Part shown: positions 1 to 10,609 of the stretch, piece by piece
Position numbering within the stretch: position 1 is the stretch's first letter
Layout of the letters: each line of letters opens with the position of its first letter
The notes under the pieces: generated by a model
What the model was told of the DNA's origin: nothing
What the model saw: the letters and a program-made list of their open reading frames with translations, nothing else
Database searches by the model: none
Program-made: the position numbers and the translations under genes
IMG/VR virus record: IMGVR_UViG_2896589216_000003
From: a virus
Taxonomy: Duplodnaviria > Heunggongvirae > Uroviricota > Caudoviricetes
Strand: one strand, 5' to 3'
Length of the DNA: 32,297 nt

Positions 1-1053
1 TTACGGGGTAATGCCAACCGCTGCCGCCACTTTGTCGCCACTTGGCAGCGTTGCCAGAGGATTGAAACGGAGCGCCGTTTCCAGATGATCCAGTGCCAGA
101 TGTGCGTAACGCATAGTCATTTTTATATCGTGGTGTCCGAGAATTTTTTGTAAGGCCAGAATGTTTCCACCCGACATCATGAAGTGCGCCGCAAACGTAT
201 GGCGCAGAACGTGTGTGAGTTGACCGCGAGGGAGCACGATAGACGTTTTTTCCATCACGGATAAAAATTGAAAATAGCAGTCTGTGAAGAAATTGAACCC
301 ATCAAGCGCCATGATCTCTTCGTAAAGCTCTTTACTGATAGGGATGCTTCTGTTTTTCTTCCCCTTCGTTCTGACAAAGGTAATTCGGTATTTGGTCACC
401 TGTGAGCGGGTAAGATTTACGGCTTCACGCTAGCGTGCGCCTGTGCTTAAGCATATCTTAACTACCAGTGCCAGAATTGGGTCCTGACGTTTGCAATCAG
501 CCAGCAATTCAACAATCTGCTCATGGGTAAGCCATGCCATCTCTTTTTCTGCGATGGTGAATTTTCGCATGTTCTCCAGTGGGTTCGGATACGACCATTC
601 GCCCAGACGGGATAGTTCGCTAAAAACACTACTTAGATAGCTTTGCTCCAGGTTAATGGTGACCGGGCTTGCTCCTTTCTTCCATTTCTCGCTGAAGTAG
701 ATCTCGCCTGTCAGGCGTTTATCTCGATAGTGGGCAAACATTTTAGAGGTGAGATCGGTTGCAAGAGGATTGCCCAGAGCGTCAACCATCAACAGCAATT
801 TGTCATAGACATGCTGCCCAGCTGTCAGAGATTTACCATGTAGTTTGAACCATAGCTCAACCACGTCTTTCAGTGTTCGACGATCCACTGATTCACCCAG
901 CCAGGGCTTTGCTTCGGTTTCTTCCATCGTGTGGCGCTCAAAAGCCAGTGCTTCGCCTTTGGTGGCGAATTGTTTACGCACACGACGCCCACTTCGTCCG
1001 GCAGGGTAACATTCGCAAAGCCATTTCCCAGTGGTGAGTTTTCGTACTGCCAT
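1..1053 (-). pseudogene. int: P2-family tyrosine integrase interrupted by one in-frame TAG (430-432); 3' end (TAA) at window position 1-3
   Basis: ORFs 430..1209 and 1..399 are in the same frame. N-part ends ...LSTGAR then TAG; C-part has RHTFA...HHD...MRYAHL catalytic motifs. TAG sits where P2-type integrases have Trp (TGG). Start ATG 1051-1053 preceded by GGAGGG. Confidence 0.85.
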
Positions 1054-1241
1054 AAAAAATGCCCTCCAGTAGAGAGTATTTTTACTGTATGTATAACCAG
1101 TGTCAATGTATGAAATCCTACGACCATACATCTCACTGAAGCCATAATGAAGTTGGCTATTCTTTTTGCTATGTGAGCATGTAACTTTTGCGGTTAACCT
1201 GCGGCTCATTTTTATTTTAGACGCAGATATAAAAGCAAAAG

Positions 1242-1445
1242 TTATCGTGAGTTTTTAGTACAGATTTTTTTGGATTTACTAATAGTTCCATCATTGCAAA
1301 CAAATTTTCCATCGGAGGTACAGTGAGAGACACCTCCCTTTTTCCCAGAACAAGGATAATTTTTAGCATAGGTAGTTAGTGGGCTTAATAACAAAGAGCA
1401 TGATAAAGAGCATGATAAAACCACAAAAAATACTTTACCAAGCAT
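1242..1445 (-). CDS. small secreted cysteine-rich protein (signal peptide plus about 45-aa mature peptide with 4 Cys); moron between int and repressor
   Basis: Strong RBS GGAGGAAAC before ATG; hydrophobic N-terminus; AT-rich; perfect 12-bp tandem duplication at 1395-1418 inside the signal-peptide coding part (SCSLSCSL). Confidence 0.5.
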   Translation of the reverse strand: MLGKVFFVVLSCSLSCSLLLSPLTTYAKNYPCSGKKGGVSHCTSDGKFVCNDGTISKSKKICTKNSR

Positions 1446-1460
1446 AGTTTCCTCCCGGTA

Positions 1461-2036
1461 TTATCTAACATATTTAACTGTTAAACTTATAATTTTACCA
1501 ATTATTTCAATGTCTTCTATCTTACAGTCGAAGGCTCTGTTTCCACCCTCGACGAAGATTCTTCCACCGGGTAAACGAGTAATGTCACGGATCGTTACTT
1601 CGCCATCAATACTTATTACCCATTTACCATCACGTATGTCATCAAATTCTTTATCACAAATAAATTCAGAATTGTTATCTGTGATGACAAAAGGTTTTTT
1701 AAACGTAGAGGGTAGAAATCCCTTATCAAAAATATAAAAACCGTCTTCACGCAAGGCACCATCAGATAATACATATTTAGCAACTTCCATAGTATTTGTA
1801 TTACCTGAAGTTTGCTTTGAACCATGTCCGGTTGTGAGCCAATTAAGCGAGGTGCCCGTTTCAAGGGCGCACTGGATTACCCATTCTGCTGGGAATGAGT
1901 CACGCATGTAGCGTGTGGCGAGTGTACTTTTAGAGATTCCTAAATGATCGCACAACGCCTGTCGAGTCTTGAATCCATAAGCTTCTACCATGCGCTCTAT
2001 GGCGCCTCGTCCGCCTTTCTCCAAATTCATGGTCAC
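1461..2036 (-). CDS. phage CI-type immunity repressor (186 CI-like: N-terminal HTH plus C-terminal domain)
   Basis: 191 aa; HTH-like segment RQALCDHLGISKSTLATRY; position and orientation next to int and divergent from the Apl/Cox-position gene. Confidence 0.75.
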   Translation of the reverse strand: MTMNLEKGGRGAIERMVEAYGFKTRQALCDHLGISKSTLATRYMRDSFPAEWVIQCALETGTSLNWLTTGHGSKQTSGNTNTMEVAKYVLSDGALREDGFYIFDKGFLPSTFKKPFVITDNNSEFICDKEFDDIRDGKWVISIDGEVTIRDITRLPGGRIFVEGGNRAFDCKIEDIEIIGKIISLTVKYVR

Positions 2037-2155
2037 TCCAAGTGAACTTTTATCTTGGCGATTTCACTGTGCGATCGTATGCTTATGGTGTTCACAAAAT
2101 ACAAACGATCCGTATTCGTCCTGATTAATCATCATTAAACGAGGAATGTTGCATC
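2037..2155. promoter_or_regulatory. immunity switch region between repressor and lytic-operon first gene (promoters and operators expected)
   Basis: Position only; contains inverted GTGAAC/GTTCAC elements and direct CGATCGTAT / CGATCCGTAT repeats. No operator assigned with certainty. Confidence 0.3.
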
Positions 2156-2377
2156 ATGAGACCTAACATTTCAATCACTCTTACCACGCCTCATGTGACT
2201 ATTGAACGCTATAGCGAGCTGACAGGGCTATCCATCGATACCATCAATGACATGTTGGCTGATGGACGCCTTATCCGTCACCGTCTGCGCAAAGATAAAA
2301 AACGCGAAAAAGTGATGATCAACATAGCAGCAATGACCGTTGATGCGCTTTCAGAATGCAATCTAAACCTTAATTAG
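2156..2377 (+). CDS. small HTH protein at the Cox/Apl position (putative excisionase / lytic-switch regulator)
   Basis: 73 aa; first rightward gene after the switch; HTH-like [21 protein letters not shown]. Confidence 0.5.
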   Translation: MRPNISITLTTPHVTIERYSELTGLSIDTINDMLADGRLIRHRLRKDKKREKVMINIAAMTVDALSECNLNLN

Positions 2378-2403
2378 TTCGATTCTGAAATACATCAGAG
2401 GCA

Positions 2404-2589
2404 TTGACCATGTTTGATTACCAAGTTTCCAAACATCCATATTTTGATGAAGCCTGTCGTGCATTTGCACTGCGCCACAATCTGGTGCAACTGGCAGAAC
2501 GTGCAGGCATGAATGTGCAGATTCTGCGGAACAAGCTGAACCCAGCTCAGCCTCATTTATTAACCGCACCAGAAATCTGGCTGCTTTGA
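2404..2589 (+). pseudogene. cII-like regulator, N-terminal 61 codons only; truncated by IS911 left end
   Basis: ORF stop codon TGA (2587-2589) is the first bases of the IS911 terminal repeat TGAAGTGGCACACTG; synteny with 186-type early operon. Confidence 0.55.
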
Positions 2590-2726
2590 AGTGGCACACT
2601 GAATTTGGCCACCTGAACAGAGGTGATATGCTCACCTCAGAACAACACAGGTGCTCCAATGAAAAAAAGAAATTTTAGCGCAGAGTTTAAACGCGAATCC
2701 GCTCAACTGGTTGTTGACCAGAAATA

Positions 2727-2735
2727 CACGGTGGC
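2727..2735. repeat. 9-bp target-site duplication CACGGTGGC, left copy, of IS1 copy 1
   Basis: Identical 9-mer at 3504-3512 immediately after the IS1 right end. Confidence 0.9.
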
Positions 2736-2790
2736 GGTGATGCTGCCAACTTACTGATTTAGTGTATGATGGTGTTTTTGAGGTGCTCCA

Positions 2791-3066
2791 GTGGCTTCTG
2801 TTTCTATCAGCTGTCCCTCCTGTTCAGCTACTGACGGGGTGGTGCGTAACGGCAAAAGCACTGCCGGACATCAGCGCTATCTCTGCTCTCACTGCCGTAA
2901 AACATGGCAACTGCAGTTCACTTACACCGCTTCTCAACCCGGTACGCACCAGAAAATTATTGATATGGCCATGAATGGCGTTGGATGCCGGGCAACTGCA
3001 CGCATTATGGGCGTTAGCCTCAACACGATTTTACGTCACTTAAAAAACTCAGGCCGCAGTCGGTAA
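2791..3066 (+). CDS. insA: IS1 InsA
   Basis: 91 aa, [42 protein letters not shown]... Confidence 0.95.
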   Translation: MASVSISCPSCSATDGVVRNGKSTAGHQRYLCSHCRKTWQLQFTYTASQPGTHQKIIDMAMNGVGCRATARIMGVSLNTILRHLKNSGRSR

Positions 3067-3110
3067 CCTCGCGCATACAGCCGGGCAGTGACGTCATCGT
3101 CTGCGCGGAA

Positions 3111-4604
<1,494 letters not shown>

Positions 4605-4612
4605 CCACTTCA

Positions 4613-4783
4613 ACCGGCGATGGACTGTGTCTGCTGACCAAACGGCTGGAGCGCGGCCGCTTCGCCTGGCCGTCAGCCCGGGATGGCAAAGTGTTCCTCA
4701 CACCGGCACAGCTGGCGATGCTCCTTGAAGGTATCGACTGGCGGCAGCCTAAAAGACTGCTTACGTCCCTGACTATGTTGTAA
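4613..4783 (+). pseudogene. IS66-family tnpB, C-terminal fragment
   Basis: Begins directly at the IS911 right end with no start codon of its own. Confidence 0.7.
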
Positions 4784-4831
4784 GCCTCTTTATCCTGGTC
4801 GACGCTGAATGAGCCTGGTAATATACCCGGT

Positions 4832-6369
4832 ATGAGCAGCTCACTTCCTGACGATATCAATGCACTGAAACGTCTCCTTGCCGAACAGGAGGCGCTGAAC
4901 CGTGCCCTGCTGGAAAAGCTGAACGAGCGTGAACGCGAAATAGACCATCTGCAGGCACAGCTGGATAAGCTGCGCCGGATGAACTTCGGCAGCCGCTCCG
5001 AAAAAGTCTCCCGTCGTATCGCACAGATGGAAGCTGACCTGAAGGCACTTCAGAAAGAAAGTGATACCCTTACCGGTCGGGTTGACGACCCGGCCGTGCA
5101 GCGCCCGCTGCGTCAAACCCGCACCCGCAAACCGTTCCCCGAATCACTCCCCGCGATGAAAAACGGCTGCTGCCGGCAGCGTCATGCTGCCCGGAATGTG
5201 GAGGCTCACTGAGCTATCCGGGTGAGGATGCCGCCGAACAGCTGGAGTTGATGCGCAGCGTCTTCCGGGTTATCCGGACTGTACGTGAAAAGCATGCCTG
5301 TACTCAGTGCGATGCCATCGTGCAGGCCCCCGCGCCTTCACGGCCCATCGAGCGGGGTATCGCAGGACCGGGGCTGCTGGCCCGCGTGCTGATCTCAAAG
5401 TATGCAGAGCACACCCCGCTGTACCGCCAGTCTGAAATGTACGGCCGCCAGGGCGTGGAGCTGAGTCGTTCACTGCTGTCGGGCTGGGTGGATGCATGCT
5501 GCCGGCTACTGTCACCGCTGGAAGAAGCGCTTCAGGACTATGTGCTGACTGACGGTAAGCTCCATGCTGATGACACGCCTGTCCCGGTGCTGTTGCCAGG
5601 CAATAAGAAAACGAAGACCGGGCGGTTATGGACCTACGTTCGTGACGACCGTAACGCCGGGTCAACGCTGGCGCCGGCGGTGTGGTTCGCTTACAGCCCG
5701 GACAGAAAAGGCATCCATCCGCAGACCCATCTTGCGGGGTTCAGTGGTGTACTGCAGGCGGATGCATACGCCGGGTTCAACGAGCTGTACCGGGATGGCC
5801 GGATAACGGAAGCCGCCTGTTGGGCTCACGCCCGCCGTAAAATCCACGATGTGCACGTTCGCACCCCGTCAGCCCTGACGGAGGAAGCGCTGAAACGGAT
5901 CGGCGAACTGTACGCCATCGAGGCAGAGATAAGGGGAATGACGGCGGAGCAGCGCCTTGCCGAACGTCAGTTGAAAACGAAACCGCTGCTGAAATCCCTG
6001 GAAAGCTGGCTGCGTGAAAAGATGAAAACCCTGTCGCGACACTCAGAACTGGCGAAAGCGTTCGCATACGCCCTGAACCAGTGGCCGGCGCTGACGTACT
6101 ATGCAGATGATGGCTGGGCTGAGGCGGACAATAATATCGCTGAAAATGCGTTGCGGATGGTCAGTCTGGGCCGCAAAAACTACCTGTTCTTCGGTTCGGA
6201 TCATGGAGGAGAGCGGGGAGCGCTGCTGTACAGCCTGATCGGGACGTGCAAACTGAACGGAGTGGAGCCAGAAAGCTACCTCCGCTATGTACTTGACGTC
6301 ATAGCCGACTGGCCGATAAACCGGGTCGGCGAACTGCTCCCCTGGCGCGTAGCACTGCCGACTGAATAA
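4832..6369 (+). pseudogene. IS66-family transposase TnpC, frameshifted at the C-run 5149-5152
   Basis: ORF 4832..5212 ends ...[16 protein letters not shown]; the other frame continues [23 protein letters not shown]... straight into ORF 5248..6369. Confidence 0.8.
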
Positions 6370-6407
6370 CACATCCCCGTCAATACGGTTCTTGCTGCAC
6401 GCTTACC

Positions 6408-7304
6408 ATTGACGGGCGTGGTCTGGCTGGCGAGATCAGCAAGGAAACGGGTAAATCCCTGCGTGATAACGCTGAATACGTTAATCCCTGGGCGTCTCTG
6501 CATCGTGTTCAGCAATTCCGCTTCTTTGGTATTCCAGGGCGTCAGGCTTACCGTGAACTGCGGTTGTTGGCTGGTCAGGCGGCAAGGCAGCAGGGTGACA
6601 AAAAAGCAGGTGCGCCGGTACTGGATAACCCGCGCCTTGATGCCATCCTGGCTGCTGCTGATGCTGGCTGTTTTGCCACCTACATTATGAGGCAGGGCGG
6701 CGTGCTGGTTCCTCGCAAATATCACTTGATCAGAACCGCTTATGAAATCAATGAAGAGCCGACCGCCTATGGCGATCACGGTATTCGTATTTATGGCATC
6801 TGGTCACCCATTGCAGAAGGCAAGATCTGCACTCATGCAGTGAAGTGGAAAATGGTTCGTAAAGCCGTTGACGTTCAGGAGGCGGCAGCCGACCAGGGCG
6901 CTTGCGCCCCTTGGACTCGTGGCAATAACTGTCCCCTTGCTGAAAATTTGAACCAACAGGAGAAAGATAAATCAGCTGATGGGAACCCCAGAACGGACAT
7001 TACCAGCATGGATGACAAGGAGTTGCACGATTACCTGCACAGTATGAGCAAAAAAGAGCGCCGGGAACTGGCAGCAAGGTTACGCCTGGTGAAACCGAAA
7101 CGGCGTAAAGACTACAAACAGCGAATTACAGACCATCAGCGACTGCAGCTCGTGTATGAGCTGAAGTCCAGAGGATTTGATGGCAGCGAGAAAGAGGTCG
7201 ATTTACTCCTTCGCGGAGGCAGTATTCCGTCAGGAGCAGGCCTGCGTATCTTCTATCGGAACCAGCGTTTGCAGGAAGATGATCAGTGGCGGAACCTGTA
7301 TTAA
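6408..7304 (+). pseudogene. phage early-region protein, C-terminal fragment, 5'-truncated by the IS66-family element (by synteny probably the replication gene A-type protein)
   Basis: Reading frame is open from the IS end with no start codon; lies between the early region and the tum-like cassette. Identity not verified. Confidence 0.35.
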
Positions 7305-7387
7305 TTACGCGGGTTAACAATTCGTGCTCTTAATAATACCAGGCATATCAGGCTGATGAACGTAAAAAAACGTTTTACATCAGTAAG

Positions 7388-7396
7388 ATTATTATA
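7388..7396. repeat. 9-bp target-site duplication ATTATTATA, left copy, of IS1 copy 2
   Basis: Identical 9-mer at 8165-8173. Confidence 0.9.
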
Positions 7397-7411
7397 GGTA
7401 ATGACTCCAAC

Positions 7412-7915
7412 TCACTGATAGTGTTTTATGTTCAGATAATGCCCGATGACCTTGTCATGCAGCTCCACCGATTTTGAGAACGACAGTGACTTCCGTCCCA
7501 GCCTTGCCAGATGTTGTCTCAGATTCAGATTATGTCGCTCAATGCGCTGAGTGTAACGCTTGCTGATAACGTGCAGCTTTCCCTTCAGGCGTGATTCATA
7601 CAGCGGCCAGCCATCCGTCATCCATACCACGACCTCAAAGGCCGACAGCAGGCTCAGAAGACGCTCCAGTGTGGCCAGAGTGCGTTCACCGAAGACGTGC
7701 GCCACAACCGTCCTCCGTATCCTGTCATACGCGTAAAACAGCCAGCGCTGACGTGATTTAGCACCGACGTAGCCCCACTGTTCGTCCATTTCAGCGCAGA
7801 CAATCACATCACTGCCCGGTTGTATGCGCGAGGTTACCGACTGCGGCCTGAGTTTTTTAAGTGACGTAAAACCGTGTTGAGGCCAACGCCCATAATGCGT
7901 GCACTGGCGCGACAT
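7412..7915 (-). CDS. insB: IS1 InsB frame (variant isoform)
   Basis: Identical to the copy-3 InsB ORF. Confidence 0.9.
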   Translation of the reverse strand: MSRQCTHYGRWPQHGFTSLKKLRPQSVTSRIQPGSDVIVCAEMDEQWGYVGAKSRQRWLFYAYDRIRRTVVAHVFGERTLATLERLLSLLSAFEVVVWMTDGWPLYESRLKGKLHVISKRYTQRIERHNLNLRQHLARLGRKSLSFSKSVELHDKVIGHYLNIKHYQ

Positions 7916-8109
7916 CCGACGCCATTCATGGCCATATCAATGATTTTCTGGTGCGTACCGGGCTGAGAGGCGGTGTAAGTGAACTGTAGTTGCCATGTTT
8001 TACGGCAATGAGAGCAGAGATAGCGCTGATGTCCGGCAGTGCTTTTGCCGTTACGCACCACGCCTTCAGTAGCGGAGCAGGAAGGACATCTGATGGAAAT
8101 GGAAGCCAC
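7834..8109 (-). CDS. insA: IS1 InsA (variant isoform)
   Basis: [37 protein letters not shown]... Confidence 0.9.
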   Translation of the reverse strand: MASISIRCPSCSATEGVVRNGKSTAGHQRYLCSHCRKTWQLQFTYTASQPGTHQKIIDMAMNGVGCRASARIMGVGLNTVLRHLKNSGRSR

Positions 8110-8164
8110 GCAAGCACCTTAAAATCACCATCATACACTAAATCAGTAAGTTGGCAGCATTACC

Positions 8165-8173
8165 ATTATTATA
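8165..8173. repeat. 9-bp target-site duplication ATTATTATA, right copy, of IS1 copy 2
   Basis: Matches 7388-7396. Confidence 0.9.
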
Positions 8174-8175
8174 TA

Positions 8176-8191
8176 CTGTAAATATAAACAG
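8176..8191 (+). promoter_or_regulatory. LexA (SOS) box CTGTAAATATAAACAG upstream of the tum/DinI-like cassette
   Basis: Matches CTGT-N8-ACAG with an AT-rich centre (20-mer TACTGTAAATATAAACAGTG); overlaps a -10-like TATAAA; 44 bp before the ATG at 8235. Confidence 0.6.
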
Positions 8192-8234
8192 TGGTTATGC
8201 ATGCAGTATTGCGTGTGGTGTCATAGGAGGAAAG

Positions 8235-8423
8235 ATGCAGGACTATTTTTTGGAGTCTTTGAAGCTCCAGCGCATTGATTTTTTTCTTAAGCTTGTAGCG
8301 GCTAGTGAGTGTAGTGATGAAGAGAAGGGGCTGGCTCTGCAGTGGGTTTCTGAATTGACTGATGAACTCATGGCAAAAATCAGAACCCACGAATACAACC
8401 GCTCAATGGATGTCATCAGCTGA
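8235..8423 (+). CDS. small protein, first gene of the SOS-controlled cassette (possible antirepressor N-part, Tum-like by position)
   Basis: ATG 8235 preceded by AGGAGG; 62 aa; the longer upstream start (8151) would overlap the IS1 end and LexA box. Confidence 0.5.
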   Translation: MQDYFLESLKLQRIDFFLKLVAASECSDEEKGLALQWVSELTDELMAKIRTHEYNRSMDVIS

Positions 8424-8433
8424 GGTGACTTTT

Positions 8434-8667
8434 ATGCGCATTGAAATAATGATCGATAAAGAGCAGAAGATTAGCCAGTCTACCCTGGACGCTCTTGAAT
8501 CCGAGCTTTACCGCAATCTGCGCCCTCTGTATCCCAAAACGGTAATTCGTATCCGCAAAGGTAGCTCTAACGGTGTGGAACTTACCGGATTGCAACTGGA
8601 CGAAGAAAGAAAACAAGTGATGAAAATTATGCAGAAGGTGTGGGAAGACGACAGCTGGCTGCATTAA
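8434..8667 (+). CDS. DinI-family protein (186 Tum C-domain-like)
   Basis: MRIEIMIDKEQKISQSTLDALESELYRNL...KQVMKIMQKVWEDDSW aligns with DinI (MRIEVTIAK...DALAGELSRR...ILQETWESADDW); RBS GAGG before ATG 8434. Confidence 0.75.
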   Translation: MRIEIMIDKEQKISQSTLDALESELYRNLRPLYPKTVIRIRKGSSNGVELTGLQLDEERKQVMKIMQKVWEDDSWLH

Positions 8668-8802
8668 GAAACGTTGCTGGCGTCTGAACTAGCTTCTGGC
8701 GTCAGCAAGGTTGAACAACGAGCCCTTGCGAGGCGTTAGCTCTGTAGTGCATGTCTATGCCGCATGAGATCGCATGATCGTTTGAGGATCGTTTTTGCTA
8801 AG

Positions 8803-8827
8803 GCCCGCCAGAACTGGCGGGCTTTTG
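8803..8827 (+). terminator. rho-independent terminator after the DinI-like gene
   Basis: GCCCGCCA-gaac-TGGCGGGC stem followed by TTTTG. Confidence 0.65.
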
Positions 8828-8889
8828 CGTAGATCATGCAGGTGCATGAAAACCACTACATAAAGCGGGCAGGCGTGGCGGGGATACGA

Positions 8890-8917
8890 TTGCGCGCTAG
8901 GTATAAGTGTGTAAAAT
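8890..8917 (+). promoter_or_regulatory. candidate sigma70 promoter for the ATPase/HNH module
   Basis: TTGCGC ... TG-adjacent TAAAAT about 40 bp upstream of ATG 8960; weak, by eye only. Confidence 0.25.
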
Positions 8918-8959
8918 AATTCCAAAATAAATCATCACTAATGAAGTGAGAGGGTAATA

Positions 8960-10609
8960 ATGTTAGTCAAGAAAAATAAAAATTATAGTTTATATTTTTT
9001 AATTACAAATAATCAACAGATATCTGATTCTGGTAATTATATAAAAATAGTCCCATCAAGAAGCGATTGGAATGATTTTGGATATTTGAGTAGAGTCGAA
9101 ATATCTATTTTTAATAAAAAAGAGTGTAAGGATATAATTTCACTGAATGGTTATATTGGTTTTTTGAATTCAGAGGAGGAACGAAATGGAAAAGCAGAAC
9201 TGATAAGGCGAGTGAAAAAAAAGGAAGAATCTAATTTAAAGGATGAGGGGTTTAATGATTATTTTGTCATGCTTCAGGATATGAATAATTATCGAAGACT
9301 AGTAAGATTTTTTGGGGTGAATGAATCCAAATATATATTAAATTTCATTAATGATGTTGTTTCTAAGAAAAGTGACGCTAGTGCAGAGAATTTGAGGAAA
9401 AAAGCAATCTCTTCTGATATCTTTAATAAATCTTTCATTAGAGAGTCTGAGTCGTATTTTACTTTCAAAAATGCAGGAACAGTTCTTTCCGGTATTCAAT
9501 ATGAGGAGTTGGGTAATTTATCACAGCACATCAAGATTAGCTATTCGAATAAAGTTAATGAAGAAGATGTATCTTATGTTTTTAATTTTGATCACGAGCA
9601 TGATTTACCAAAAAGAATTTCCATAATTATAGGCGAGAATGGTGTAGGAAAAAGCCAAACGCTTAGAGAAATCGCATTGGCTGCGATTAAAGGAAAGGAT
9701 AATTTGGTGGCTGTAGTTGATTCTAACGGTGTGAGCATTGAAGAACGAATTCAAATTAGTAGGCTCATTGCTTTTTCTCCAACAAATGAAAGTAAGTGTT
9801 CATTTCCAACCGATAAAAGAATAAAATCATTGATATGGTACAAAAGATTGACTTTAAATCGTGAATCAAAATCCAAATTAAACTTGAATGATTTAATAGT
9901 GCAACTAGCGAGGAGTAACGACGCTATCGGCTATAATCAAAGGTGGAATATATTTGTTGATGCACTGAGTGTTCTAAATAGTAACAACGATTTAGTAATC
10001 AAATGTGGCGGTGAAAATTCACCATTTGTTAAATTAAATGAGCTTAATTCTCGAGGCGAAGAATCTAGACTATCATTATATTCTGAAATTATTCTCTCTG
10101 GCGAGCCTTTGAGGCTTATTGAAAATAAATGTTACCCTTTGAGTAGTGGGGAAATATCGTTTATTAAGTTTTGTGTACAAGTTTGTTTGTATATTGAGAA
10201 TGGGACTCTTCTATTAATAGATGAGCCAGAAACACATCTCCATCCTTCATTTATTAATAAATTTATGGCATTGCTTGATAATTTATTAGAAAAGACAGGC
10301 TCTTCAGCTATCATAGCAACGCATTCGGTTTATCTTGTTCGGGAGGTTTTTAAGGAGCAAGTGACAATACTCAGAAGACGAGATGATGGGGTAATTGTTA
10401 GCGAAAAACCGAGATTGAGTACTTTTGGGGCGAATATAGGAAATATCTCATATTTTGTTTTCGGTGAGAGTGAACCAACTCAAATTTTAAATAAAGTAAA
10501 AAACAATATAATTGCAAAGAATATGTCTTGGGATGATGTTGAATCTAAATATAGCGAGGACTTATCACTTAATGTATTAACTGCGTTGAGAAATGAAATG
10601 GGCAATTGA
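8960..10609 (+). CDS. ABC/OLD-type (AAA_21-like) ATPase with about 215-aa N-terminal domain of unknown function; candidate defence protein
   Basis: 549 aa; Walker A GENGVGKS (aa 225-232), signature-like LSSGE (394-398), Walker B/D-loop LLLIDEPETHLHP (417-429), H-loop ATHS (453-456); RBS GAGAGGG; strongly AT-rich. Confidence 0.8.
   Translation: MLVKKNKNYSLYFLITNNQQISDSGNYIKIVPSRSDWNDFGYLSRVEISIFNKKECKDIISLNGYIGFLNSEEERNGKAELIRRVKKKEESNLKDEGFNDYFVMLQDMNNYRRLVRFFGVNESKYILNFINDVVSKKSDASAENLRKKAISSDIFNKSFIRESESYFTFKNAGTVLSGIQYEELGNLSQHIKISYSNKVNEEDVSYVFNFDHEHDLPKRISIIIGENGVGKSQTLREIALAAIKGKDNLVAVVDSNGVSIEERIQISRLIAFSPTNESKCSFPTDKRIKSLIWYKRLTLNRESKSKLNLNDLIVQLARSNDAIGYNQRWNIFVDALSVLNSNNDLVIKCGGENSPFVKLNELNSRGEESRLSLYSEIILSGEPLRLIENKCYPLSSGEISFIKFCVQVCLYIENGTLLLIDEPETHLHPSFINKFMALLDNLLEKTGSSAIIATHSVYLVREVFKEQVTILRRRDDGVIVSEKPRLSTFGANIGNISYFVFGESEPTQILNKVKNNIIAKNMSWDDVESKYSEDLSLNVLTALRNEMGN

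Larger units (their letters stand above)
4613..6406 (+). mobile_element. IS66-family element, right part only (tnpB 3' fragment plus tnpC); left part lost at the IS911 junction
   Basis: TnpB C-terminus DGLCLLTKRLERGRFAWP...WRQPK; TnpC transposase; terminal sequence ...GTTCTTGCTGCACGCTTAC ends near 6406 (boundary approximate). Confidence 0.7.
7397..8164 (-). mobile_element. IS1 copy 2 (768 bp, variant isoform), simple insertion
   Basis: Ends GGTAATGACTCCAAC ... GTTGGCAGCATTACC; insA/insB on the minus strand; flanked by a perfect 9-bp duplication. Confidence 0.95.

Noticed and set aside
1395-1418. Possible CRISPR-like or regulatory direct repeat
   Set aside because: It is a single 12-bp tandem duplication inside a coding sequence; no repeat-spacer array exists anywhere in the window.
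2762-2974. 70-aa alternative-frame ORFs inside each IS1 copy (2762..2974, 7926..8138, 20287..20499)
   Set aside because: Overlap insA out of frame; IS1 is known to express only InsA and InsAB'.
6409-6690. 93-aa ORF immediately after the IS66-family end
   Set aside because: Out of frame with, and overlapping, the open reading frame that continues from the IS end into the 246-aa ORF; no RBS.
8151-8423. Longer 90-aa version of the first SOS-cassette ORF starting at 8151
   Set aside because: That start lies inside the IS1 terminus and the N-terminal extension covers the LexA box; the ATG at 8235 has an AGGAGG RBS.
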